IMG/VR virus record: IMGVR_UViG_3300012921_000049
Span: 1 to 42,450 of that record
DNA length: 42,450 nucleotides
Direction: 5' to 3' (one strand)
DNA from: a virus
Lineage: Duplodnaviria; Caudoviricetes
Numbering within the stretch: position 1 is the stretch's first letter; each line of letters starts with the position of its first letter. The translations under genes and the position numbers were made by a program. The notes beneath the pieces are model-generated. The model made no database searches. It was not told the DNA's origin and saw only the letters and a list, made by a program, of their open reading frames with translations. Of this stretch, positions 33,824 to 42,172 are shown piece after piece.

Positions 33824-34956
33824 GCCGCGCTGCCCTCCACCTGCACCGTAATGCCGAACTCCACCAAGACCTCTCGTGGGGCAAGGCATTTCGGGTCACC
33901 AGGGGCTGCGCCCGGGCCGGGCCAAAGTTCCGCCCTGCACCGGTGCCGCACGCTCCAATCCTTGATCTTGGCCCGCCATTGCGCCGGCGTGAGGTGGTCG
34001 GCCTGGATCACCTGGGGCTCGACGGATTGGGTCACCCCTGCCTGGGCATCCTGGCCGACCCGCAGATGGCGCCGCGTCGCGGTGCCGATCGAGAGGCGAT
34101 ACGCCTTGAGGGAGTTCGGCGCCGGATCACCGTCGAGCGATGCTTTCCGCATGCCGCGCTCCATGGTCTCGAGTATCACGGGCTCCAGCGCATGGTTGCC
34201 GTCCAGCAGCGCGACGGCTTGCTCGATCAGGGTCAGGCTGGGGGCGGCAAAGCTTGGGTCGTTGGGCCAGAGCTCGGCCCGCAGCGCTTCGAAGCGAAGC
34301 ATGATCCGCCGTGCCGGTGTGTCCCGGTGCAGGGCTTGGGCCGGACCGGGTTCCGATGGCTTTCCGGCGGAAAGATTTTCCGCCGCCTGTTGTAGTGATT
34401 CTCCCTTTCCCTCTCCCTCTCCCTTTCCCTTAAGAGCGTTTTCCGCTGGAATTCTGGCGGAAGGCTTATGGATTTCCGTTGCGCTTCCATCGGCTTTCCG
34501 AACTGGCTTCGGTGGAAACTGGATCGGTTCCAGGTTTTTCTTTTCCCGGTTCTTGTTTTCCTTCCTGATGCGGTCGCATTCCCGCTCCCAGCGGTGGATC
34601 AGCCTATCTGTCCATTTTTCAATGACTAATTTGCACAAGAAGGGGTGATAGAAGCGCCCCTGATGCAGTACCCAGCCCCGCATCACATCCTTCTTCACCT
34701 TGCCCCACTGCTTGGGATCACATTTCGCCGCGTCGGCGATCACGTCATCGTCGTCCTCAATGCTGCCCGCAGGGATTTGGTGCCAAGCATGCATCCAAAG
34801 GTTCAGGCTGTAGAAAGCCAGCTCGGGCCGGCGCTTGCAGACCAGCCATGCTTTGGACTGTTTCAACCTCCCGATCTCGAGCGGGATGAAGGTGAATTCG
34901 GTCAGGTCGGCATCGGCCGGCGGCAGGTCGAACGGCAGATCGGCGGGCTGCGTCAT
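33820..34956 (-). CDS. DUF1376 (YdaU-like) replication initiator
   Basis: F.P....RL..S..W, LW..AWHQ.PAGS..DDD..A, R.YHP motifs; KGEGEGKG linker; adjacent to dnaB. Confidence 0.85.
   Translation of the reverse strand: MTQPADLPFDLPPADADLTEFTFIPLEIGRLKQSKAWLVCKRRPELAFYSLNLWMHAWHQIPAGSIEDDDDVIADAAKCDPKQWGKVKKDVMRGWVLHQGRFYHPFLCKLVIEKWTDRLIHRWERECDRIRKENKNREKKNLEPIQFPPKPVRKADGSATEIHKPSARIPAENALKGKGEGEGKGESLQQAAENLSAGKPSEPGPAQALHRDTPARRIMLRFEALRAELWPNDPSFAAPSLTLIEQAVALLDGNHALEPVILETMERGMRKASLDGDPAPNSLKAYRLSIGTATRRHLRVGQDAQAGVTQSVEPQVIQADHLTPAQWRAKIKDWSVRHRCRAELWPGPGAAPGDPKCLAPREVLVEFGITVQVEGSAA
34351..34520. other. Putative replication origin (iteron-like TTCCNNNGGAA repeats) inside the initiator gene
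   Basis: TTCCGGCGGAA 34362, TTCCGCTGGAA 34441, TTCTGGCGGAA 34452, TTCGGTGGAA 34508, several half sites, and a pyrimidine tract at 34401-34430. Confidence 0.6.
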
Positions 34957-34976
34957 GGGTTCTCCAGGGGGGCAAA

Positions 34977-36434
34977 TTAGGTGGCATGGCTGGGTGGCTC
35001 GAAGGCGATCTGCCCCTGCCGGTGATCAATCCGGGCCCGGGTCGCGATGGGGTTGAAGCTGTTCGTCGCGGCGTCGTAGAACACCTTTGCCGTGCCGATC
35101 TGGCCCTGCCGAACCTTGGGGATGATCACCTCCATCACGCCGCGGCTCATCTCTAATTTTTCGCTCCAGGCGAACCACTCCGGGGTGTCGGTCTTGGGTT
35201 CGGCACGCTCCAGGTAATACTCATCCCTGTAGGTGAACATCACGATATCGGCGTCCTGCTCGATCCCGCCGCCATCCCGCAGGTCGTTCATCTGGGGCCG
35301 CTTGTCGGGCCGGTTCTCCAGGTTTCGGTTGAGCTGCGACAGGGCGATGATGGGCACGGCTTGGTCGCCCGCGACCCCCTTCAGCCCTGCGCTGATCTCG
35401 TTGATCTCGTTGGTCCGGTCGCCTTTGTAATGATTTCCCGGGCGGACCAGTCCCAGGTAATCGAGAAACACAGCCTTTATCCCGTGCCGCCGGCGCGCGG
35501 TTCGGATCAGGGCCTCGATCTGGCCCAGCTTGATGCTGCGGTTCGTCACCAGGTAGAACGGCATGGCGCTGAACGCCGGACCGGAGATTTGCACCAGATC
35601 GGCGATCTGCTCGGTCGAGAGCCGATTGATCGACCGCATGTCGCGATACGTCACCCCGGAGGCGTTCGACAGGCTGCGCTGGCCCAACTGCTTGTTGCTC
35701 ATCTCGAGTGAAAAGAACAACACCGGATCACCGGCCCGGGCCATGTTGAGCGCCATCCCGAGCGCTAGCGCGGTCTTGCCCATGCTGGGCCGGCCGCCCA
35801 GGATGGCGAGATCGCCAGGCTCCAGCACGCCCAGCAGGTCATCGACCTGGGGGATGCGGGTCTGCACCCCGACATATTCGCCCCGGTGGCGCCGATCAGC
35901 CTCTTCCACGCCTTCCTTGACGGCCGCGAAGATGTGGACAATCGGGATGCTGTCGCCCAGCCCGGTCTCAACGATCCGAGACAGGCCGGCATTGGCTTCT
36001 CCGGCCAGATCGGCCGAGGTCTTTTTGACTTTCGCGTCCAGGGCTTCCCGGGCCAATGAGTTGGCCCAGATCGCGATTTCCCGCCGGGTGGCCAGATCCT
36101 TAACCACCCGGGCATAATCCTCGGCGCCGATGACCGTGGTGGCGTGCAGCGCGAGCCGGGCCAGATAACTTGGCCCGCCGATCTCGGCCAGCAACTCGTC
36201 GCGTTCAAATTGTGCCTTAAGGGTGACGGGATCTGCACGCTCGCGGCGCTCAATCACCACCGCGATGGCCTCAAAGATGCGCCGGTGCGCCTCGTTGTAG
36301 AAATGCTCCACACTGAGGAAGCCGCTGACCCGGTGATACGCCTCATTATTGACCAGGATCGAGCCAAGCAATTCCTGCTCGGCATCGAGGTTGTGCGGCA
36401 GTGGGCCGGTGTCGGTCAGGGCGAGCTGGCTCAT
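34977..36434 (-). CDS. dnaB: Replicative DNA helicase, DnaB family
   Basis: PHNLDAEQ.LLG, GRPSMGKT, FSLEMS, DYL.L, LSQLNR..E.R..KRP...DLR..G.IEQDAD; start at the ATGA overlap. Confidence 0.96.
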   Translation of the reverse strand: MSQLALTDTGPLPHNLDAEQELLGSILVNNEAYHRVSGFLSVEHFYNEAHRRIFEAIAVVIERRERADPVTLKAQFERDELLAEIGGPSYLARLALHATTVIGAEDYARVVKDLATRREIAIWANSLAREALDAKVKKTSADLAGEANAGLSRIVETGLGDSIPIVHIFAAVKEGVEEADRRHRGEYVGVQTRIPQVDDLLGVLEPGDLAILGGRPSMGKTALALGMALNMARAGDPVLFFSLEMSNKQLGQRSLSNASGVTYRDMRSINRLSTEQIADLVQISGPAFSAMPFYLVTNRSIKLGQIEALIRTARRRHGIKAVFLDYLGLVRPGNHYKGDRTNEINEISAGLKGVAGDQAVPIIALSQLNRNLENRPDKRPQMNDLRDGGGIEQDADIVMFTYRDEYYLERAEPKTDTPEWFAWSEKLEMSRGVMEVIIPKVRQGQIGTAKVFYDAATNSFNPIATRARIDHRQGQIAFEPPSHAT

Positions 36435-36877
36435 GACCACCGCTCCCAAAGCTGTTTTGGCTCAACCGGATGCTTATCGGCGCGCGGACGGGACGGACAC
36501 GACCACGATCCGCCATCGGTAAGGCGCACATAGGTCCAGCCGGCGGCGCGCAGGCTCGTGCCAGGTTCATTCGCCAGAATGTAGGTGCCGATGCGACGAT
36601 ACCCGAGCGCGAAGCCTGCCCGCGCTGCCGCGCCGTATAGAAAAGAGCATGTATTCTTGGCGCCATTGGTGCATAGGCGCACCACTTCAATCGTGCGGCC
36701 ATCGTCGCGGGCACGCGCGACCGGCCTACCCAATATTGCCACCCCGACCAACGCATCATCGATAACTGCGCCGAGCGATACTTTATGCCCGGTCACGGGC
36801 CCGTGGTGGCGGTGAAGCTCGCCAACGAAGGCGTTCGCCTCGCGCAGATGGATCGGGATCAGCCTGAGGCGGCTCAT
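36431..36877 (-). CDS. XF1762-family (Mom-like GNAT-fold) protein
   Basis: EANAFV...HRHH, VGVAI.GRPVAR..DDG..EV.RLCT, S.LYGA, TY....E.G.SLRAAGW; own ATG overlaps the natural stop of the methylase. Confidence 0.85.
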   Translation of the reverse strand: MSRLRLIPIHLREANAFVGELHRHHGPVTGHKVSLGAVIDDALVGVAILGRPVARARDDGRTIEVVRLCTNGAKNTCSFLYGAAARAGFALGYRRIGTYILANEPGTSLRAAGWTYVRLTDGGSWSCPSRPRADKHPVEPKQLWERWS

Positions 36878-37747
36878 CCTGCCATCCCCGCCAGCATGCA
36901 GGATTGCTGATGGCGCCCGGCATCGATCAACCCTTGCCAGGCCACGCCGTTGATCCACAGCACTTCCAGGCGCGGCCGGGCGCCATCGGCCAGCGCCGCG
37001 AATTCCACACGCCGCCAATCGGCCAGCGCGTCGTCGTAGAGCGGCGACGCATAGCCGCACAGCACCACCCCCCCCCCGCAGGCTCCGCAGGAAGGCCAGC
37101 AGCTCGGCATGCTGGGCATCGGTCATTTCATGCTTGTAGCCATGATAGCCATTCTTGGTGCTGCGGGTTTGCGACAGGTAGGGCGGGTCAACAAAATGCA
37201 GCGTGCGCTCACGATCATGCTGGGCCATCACCTCGATGGCCGAGCGATGCTCAATGGTCACGCCGGCTAAGCGCGCGATCAGCGCCGGCAGGCAATCGGG
37301 ATAATGCATCCAGTCATGCGCCGGCGTGGTGCCGCTGCGCGAGGATGTCGCGCGGAAGCCGGTCTTCACGCTGGCCTTGGTGGCGCCATCCGAGCCAAAA
37401 CCCATGAAGCTGCGGATGATCAGGCGCCGCGATAGCTCGACCGGATCATCACTCCATTCATAGGCCTGCTGGAATTCCACCCGCGCGAAGGGCGTGAGCC
37501 GCAGCGCCTCGATCAGCTTCGGCGCCAGCATTTCATCGCGCAGCACGCGGAACAGCGTCACCACCTCATCATCGAGATCATTATAGACCTCGGCATAGGA
37601 GCGCGGTTTGCGCAGCAAAATGCTGGCCGCCCCGCCATAGGGCTCCACATAGGCATGATGCGGCGGCAGATAGGGCAGGATTTTCGGCGCCAGTTTCCAC
37701 TTGCCGCCATGCCAGCGCAAAACGGGGCGCTTTGGGGTAGCGTTCAT
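36874..37747 (-). pseudogene. dam: Dam/D12-class N6-adenine DNA methyltransferase, frameshifted by one extra base in a G10 tract
   Basis: W.GGK..LA, YVEPYGGA, EVYNDLD and DPPY in one frame; conserved C-terminus VVLCGY..LY...L..W..EVLWIN in another; G9 would join them into 290 aa. Confidence 0.85.
37068..37077 (-). repeat. G10 homopolymer at the frameshift
   Basis: C10 on the plus strand; the longest homopolymer I noticed in the window. Confidence 0.9.
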
Positions 37748-38361
37748 GCCGCCACCGCCGGCCGGTCCAGCTTGCCGACCTGGTTGCCCCAGGCGTCCCA
37801 GCCCTCGGCTGTGGAGCGGGCGAAGAGTTCGATGCGCGGGCCCTGGAACAGCTGGGTCAGTTCGGCCCGCAGGTCGGCCGGCTTCTCGGAATGTATCTTG
37901 GTGCGGGGCGCGAAGAAGGCGCCGCGCGGCTTGGCACCAATGATCGGCTCGGGCCGGCCCCGCTTGCAGATCAGCAGATCCTCGGAATCACCCGTGGTTT
38001 CGAACCCGGGCCCGCGCGCCTGGCTGTCATGATAGATGAACGCGCCGCCCGCCTCTCGGGGCCACAGCTTCACCCAGACCCGCTTGGTGGAATACTTGAA
38101 GCCCCATGCCTGGAACACCTCGCGCGGCCCGAACCTGAGATGCGCGATGGGCGGCGTGATCCACAGGAACAAGCGGCACCCCTCGGGATGCGCGAGGCGG
38201 CCCACATTCAGCGCCGCGATATCCCGCAGCGGCATGGTGGGGTAGTGCCGGTTCGGATTCTTGTTCGGCCCCGAACTGAACTTCCACGGGGGATCGGCCA
38301 GGATGACCCGGTAGCGCCCGCCCGGCACTTGATCGAGCGGTATGTCGAGATAGGCGGTCAT
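37744..38361 (-). CDS. MT-A70-family adenine methyltransferase
   Basis: YRVILADPPW, HYPTM, LFLW, AWGF.Y, HSEKP, RIELFAR, GWDAWGNQ. Confidence 0.92.
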   Translation of the reverse strand: MTAYLDIPLDQVPGGRYRVILADPPWKFSSGPNKNPNRHYPTMPLRDIAALNVGRLAHPEGCRLFLWITPPIAHLRFGPREVFQAWGFKYSTKRVWVKLWPREAGGAFIYHDSQARGPGFETTGDSEDLLICKRGRPEPIIGAKPRGAFFAPRTKIHSEKPADLRAELTQLFQGPRIELFARSTAEGWDAWGNQVGKLDRPAVAA

Positions 38362-39029
38362 TCCGCCGCCTCAGGCCGGCCAATATAGGCATCCGCACAA
38401 TGGACCCCACAGTAGGGCTTGTTGGGATACCGGCGCGACCCGCAATAGCTGTGCTCTTCCGTCTTCGGGTCGCCATCGATCCATTGGCAGCCGCGCGCGC
38501 CATACTTGTCCAGTTCCGGCTCGGCGCCGGCCGGCGCGACCCAGGGCGCGCGGCCATGCTCGCGCTTCGGCGCGTCGAATACCGGCGTGGGGGGGCGGCC
38601 GAAGATGGCCGTCATATCGCCTGCCTCCCGCCGAGCCCGCTTCAGGACGCCATGGCCGAGCGGCGCGCCGGCTTCCTTGGCCACCATGTAGATATAGGCT
38701 CGCGACACCCCAAACCGCTCCTGAATCTCCGAGGCCGGTGTCGAGCGGCTCATGGCTTCGGCAATCCCTGCCTTGCGTTTCCTGCTCTCCTCGCGAGAGC
38801 CGGTGCCGGGCTTCCGTTTATTGGCCCCATCCTTGGTGACGCGATTCCGGCCCCCCGTGGCGTCATTGAGCGATTCAATCCCGTTTCGGCGCATATAGCC
38901 CACGATCACGTTGCGCGACACACCTGCCGCCGCGCCGATCCGGGTGATGCTGGCGCGGTTGCCCGCCTGGGCCCTGAGCCAGGACAGGCGCTCTTGGCGA
39001 TCAGCTCCGTCCCAATCGAACTGCGCCAT
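38358..39029 (-). CDS. gcrA: GcrA-like cell-cycle regulator
   Basis: N-terminal S...IG...GVSRN..VG...R; C-terminal CQWIDGDP....YCG......PYC..H...AY; start ATG 39029. Confidence 0.85.
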   Translation of the reverse strand: MAQFDWDGADRQERLSWLRAQAGNRASITRIGAAAGVSRNVIVGYMRRNGIESLNDATGGRNRVTKDGANKRKPGTGSREESRKRKAGIAEAMSRSTPASEIQERFGVSRAYIYMVAKEAGAPLGHGVLKRARREAGDMTAIFGRPPTPVFDAPKREHGRAPWVAPAGAEPELDKYGARGCQWIDGDPKTEEHSYCGSRRYPNKPYCGVHCADAYIGRPEAAE

Positions 39030-39031
39030 GA

Positions 39032-39634
39032 TCAGAACCCTACCTGCTGCTTGAAGAGAGGGCCGGCGGGCCGGATCGCGGGGAGGCGGAAGCAATGCCG
39101 GGCATAATCGTGCATCGCTATGGCGTCGGCCGCGTTGTCGTCCTGCGGGTACCAGCCGAGCTGCTGGCATCGGGCGATGGTTTTCCGCTTGAGCTCGTCT
39201 CGACGGCCCCGGGATGAGCCCAGAAAGTGGTGCCGGGCATCGGCATTATTCACTTCGAAGCGCTGCAGACCGAGCCTGGTCGCGACTAGCTCCACAATGG
39301 TGGGTAGGCCGAACACGAGCCTGACCGTGTTCTCCCCCATGCGGAGCCGGCCGGTCTCTCGATCGATCATGTGGTTCAGGTTGAGCGGGGCTTCAAACCC
39401 CAGCACGGTGGCCTGGCTCGACTCGATCCGCGCCACGAGCCATTGTTCGAAATAGGTATAGGTGCGGCCGTTATCGAAGCCGACCTCTTTGCTGCCGAGC
39501 GGATCGGGCAGCTTGATCGAGCCATGCTTGAGCCCGCAGGCCCGCAGCGACGGATCCTCATGCTCGCCAATCTCGGTATCGAACGCCCATCCGGTGATGA
39601 GCGATAGGTCGAGCATGAGAATCCGTTCCGCCAT
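39032..39634 (-). CDS. RuvC-like Holliday junction resolvase
   Basis: IL.LDLS..TGWA, FEAP, DDNAADA acidic catalytic motifs. Confidence 0.85.
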   Translation of the reverse strand: MAERILMLDLSLITGWAFDTEIGEHEDPSLRACGLKHGSIKLPDPLGSKEVGFDNGRTYTYFEQWLVARIESSQATVLGFEAPLNLNHMIDRETGRLRMGENTVRLVFGLPTIVELVATRLGLQRFEVNNADARHHFLGSSRGRRDELKRKTIARCQQLGWYPQDDNAADAIAMHDYARHCFRLPAIRPAGPLFKQQVGF

Positions 39635-39647
39635 GGGCCGCCCCGCT

Positions 39648-40286
39648 TCAGTTCAGCGACATGCCGGATTGATCATCGGCAGCAGAAGCCGCGCCCTTGC
39701 CGGAGCCCCCGGATTTGGTTGAGGACTTCTTCTTGCCGTCGGCTTTCTTTCCGCCCGCGCCGAGCCCGGCCAGGTTATCGGCCTGCTCTTCCCGGTAGCC
39801 CTTCTCCCAGGCCTGTGCCTGGCTGGAACCGGGCGGATAGGGATTGTCGTCGATTGAGCCATCCTTGCTGAACGCCATCGCGCCTTCATGCAGGGCGCGA
39901 TCATCAGGCCCGTTGATCAGGCCTGCGCCACGTTCGTTATGCTTGCGGTTGACTTCTTCGGCTTCAGCGAACGGATCGTTTTCCAGCGCGGCCGGCGAGT
40001 TCAGGAAGCCCAGATAGCGGTTGAGCCGGCTCATGTAGACCATCTGATCGTCAGGCTCCATCTCGGTGATCCGGAGTGCATCATCCATCGTGTCGAGGTC
40101 GACACCCATGCGCTTCATCGCTTTGCGCTGATCGCGCACGGCAGCATTTGCCCTCCGGGCCTCATCAACCGTGCCGCGGTGGTCGCGCTTCAGGTTTTTC
40201 AGGTCGATCACGGTGGAGCGGAAGGTTTCCTTAGTCAGTTCGCCTCCGCTGCTCACGTCGGTGTTGGGTTTCAATCGCTTTGCCAT
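39648..40286 (-). CDS. GapR (DUF2312)-like protein fused to an RMF-like motif
   Basis: N-terminal coiled coil then K..GVD......ALR...M....Y...L; C-terminal A..EG..A...G....NPY.......W.KGY; basic tail; AGGAG RBS. Confidence 0.7.
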   Translation of the reverse strand: MAKRLKPNTDVSSGGELTKETFRSTVIDLKNLKRDHRGTVDEARRANAAVRDQRKAMKRMGVDLDTMDDALRITEMEPDDQMVYMSRLNRYLGFLNSPAALENDPFAEAEEVNRKHNERGAGLINGPDDRALHEGAMAFSKDGSIDDNPYPPGSSQAQAWEKGYREEQADNLAGLGAGGKKADGKKKSSTKSGGSGKGAASAADDQSGMSLN

Positions 40287-40310
40287 GTCGGCTCCTGTCG
40301 GTGGGTGGGG

Positions 40311-41096
40311 TTACGAAAACGGCACAACATCCGCCGCCAGCTCGGCCGGCAGGCAAAGGCTGGTGCTGGGATTGCCATAGGCGGGCCGCAGCGCTTGGCC
40401 GAGGAAGGCTTCGCGGGTCGAGCCCATCACGGCGTGGGGGTGATCTTTGATGTGCGCCGGATCTGATCCGCCCAGCAGCAGCCAGCAGCCATTGCCGATC
40501 TGGTCGATCCCGTAATGGTCGAACGCGTAGCGGTTCGCGATGGCGCGCCGCCCGCGTCCGATCAGCCAATCCCATTCCCAATGGGCCAGCGCCACCGCAT
40601 GCGCGAGCCGGACCAGGGCAATGCTGAGGCCCTCGACACGCTGCGCATCACGGGCCACCGCGAAGCCGCAGCTATACACGACGAAGCCCCGGACCTGATC
40701 GAGCCAGGTCGGGTTGACCAGGCACCGCGTGCCGGCCGGTGCCTGGGCGGGATCCTGGAACCAGAACGACAAGTTCCGCATGTCGGCCACGAGATCGCGG
40801 GTCCAGAGCCGGCGCTGGATCGAGCATCCCGTCACGGTGTCGCCCCGGTACAGCAGCAGGCAGATCGTGGTGGTGCCGGTCCGGGCCTCGTCGTGGAAGC
40901 GTGGATCGGCCAGCACCGAGAGCGGCTCATCGGTGCAGACCAGGAAGGCCTGCGCGCCCTGCCGCAGGCTGGGGGTCACCATCACCCCGTACCCGGCCGC
41001 CTCGATCACGCCGGTCAGCCGCGCAATGTTCTGCGCCAGGAAGCGGTTCTGGGCCGTGGGCAGGGTGGTGCGGCGCGCGAAATCCACGGGATGCAT
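40311..41096 (-). CDS. Hypothetical protein with probable GNAT/acyl-synthase-like fold
   Basis: DP.F..ICLL..G..TGC..R, G.VVY..GFAVARD.Q..GLS..LVRL, W..DW.IG, DHYG pattern; TGATG-coupled to the upstream gene. Confidence 0.6.
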   Translation of the reverse strand: MHPVDFARRTTLPTAQNRFLAQNIARLTGVIEAAGYGVMVTPSLRQGAQAFLVCTDEPLSVLADPRFHDEARTGTTTICLLLYRGDTVTGCSIQRRLWTRDLVADMRNLSFWFQDPAQAPAGTRCLVNPTWLDQVRGFVVYSCGFAVARDAQRVEGLSIALVRLAHAVALAHWEWDWLIGRGRRAIANRYAFDHYGIDQIGNGCWLLLGGSDPAHIKDHPHAVMGSTREAFLGQALRPAYGNPSTSLCLPAELAADVVPFS

Positions 41097-42172
41097 CAGC
41101 GGATCACCAGATCGGCCGGGGCTTCGATCTGCAGCGCGACCGTCATGACCTGGGCCCGGCTCGGGTCGATCCGGCGCGCCAGGCTGAGGCGCGTGTAGTG
41201 GCCACCCGCGGCCCGGGTGATGCGGTGCAGGTGAAGCTGATCGGGTTCACGGGCGGCCGCCTCGAGATCGCCCAGCACCATCCCGGCATAGCCCTGGTCG
41301 CGCCGCGCATGGATGGAGCGGCCCACCACCTCCGGGCTGACCCGCATGGCGGCGCCCAGATGGGCATTGATGGCATCGCCGGCCTCCACCAGGAACAGGG
41401 CGGCGCGATCCGTCACGCCGGTCCGGGCCGCGAGATCGAGCAAGGGGATGCGCTGCACGGCCTGCTGGTGGAACTCGCGCCACAGCCCCGACATGGCGTC
41501 GGGTAGCAGCTGCTCGGGCCGGGCCTCGGTGCTGGTCCAGCCGGACCCGCCCTCCTCGGCCCGGCGCTGCTCGGCCAGCCCGGCCAGGCGCTGCCGGGCA
41601 TCGGCCAGGCTTAGGACTGTGCCGGTTTCGCCAAACTCGACCCGGGTCTCAGGCTCAGCGCGGTCGAGCCAATCCAGAGCGCGGTACGCCGCTCGCGGCG
41701 CCAGCACGGCCTCGGCCAGATCGATCCGCACCCTGCCCTCGGGCCGGCGCGCCAGAAATATCCAGCCGAGCTGCTCCAGGCCGAGCCCGATCGCATCGGC
41801 CCGGCTCTGGGCCGGCAGACCGACATATTGCCGCACCGCCGCCCCGTGGCCCATCGGGGCCGAGTGCAGGGTGCCGTCATGGGTTGCGACGAAACAAAGG
41901 TCGGCCCCCGCTGACCGCCCGGGGACCGACCCACCACCGCCCATCACCTCCTGCAGGAAGCCGGGCGGGAGTTTGAAATGCCGGAAGGCCGCGTCACAGG
42001 CCTGCACGGCGCTGGCCGGTATCGTGGTGGAGTCGGCCAGGTAGCGCTCCATCGTGTCATGGCTCAGGCCGGTCTGGCGGGCCAGCATCTTGAGCGTGAC
42101 GCCGGTATTCGGCACCAGTCGCCCCCGCACGGCCTGGGCGAAGCGGCCCGCTATGGCGCCGTTGCGGGTCAT
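41096..42172 (-). CDS. HTH regulator with C-terminal PAS-like domain
   Basis: TLKMLARQTGLSHDTMERYL HTH; C-terminal HLG......VVGR.I....D..Y.......A..EP...H...YTRL.L resembles the PAS_5 pattern. Confidence 0.65.
   Translation of the reverse strand: MTRNGAIAGRFAQAVRGRLVPNTGVTLKMLARQTGLSHDTMERYLADSTTIPASAVQACDAAFRHFKLPPGFLQEVMGGGGSVPGRSAGADLCFVATHDGTLHSAPMGHGAAVRQYVGLPAQSRADAIGLGLEQLGWIFLARRPEGRVRIDLAEAVLAPRAAYRALDWLDRAEPETRVEFGETGTVLSLADARQRLAGLAEQRRAEEGGSGWTSTEARPEQLLPDAMSGLWREFHQQAVQRIPLLDLAARTGVTDRAALFLVEAGDAINAHLGAAMRVSPEVVGRSIHARRDQGYAGMVLGDLEAAAREPDQLHLHRITRAAGGHYTRLSLARRIDPSRAQVMTVALQIEAPADLVIR

Noticed and set aside
36431-37747. The 438-aa ORF as an ordinary single gene
   Set aside because: The conserved methylase C-terminus is in another frame and ends in an ATGA overlap, so the fusion results from the G10 tract.
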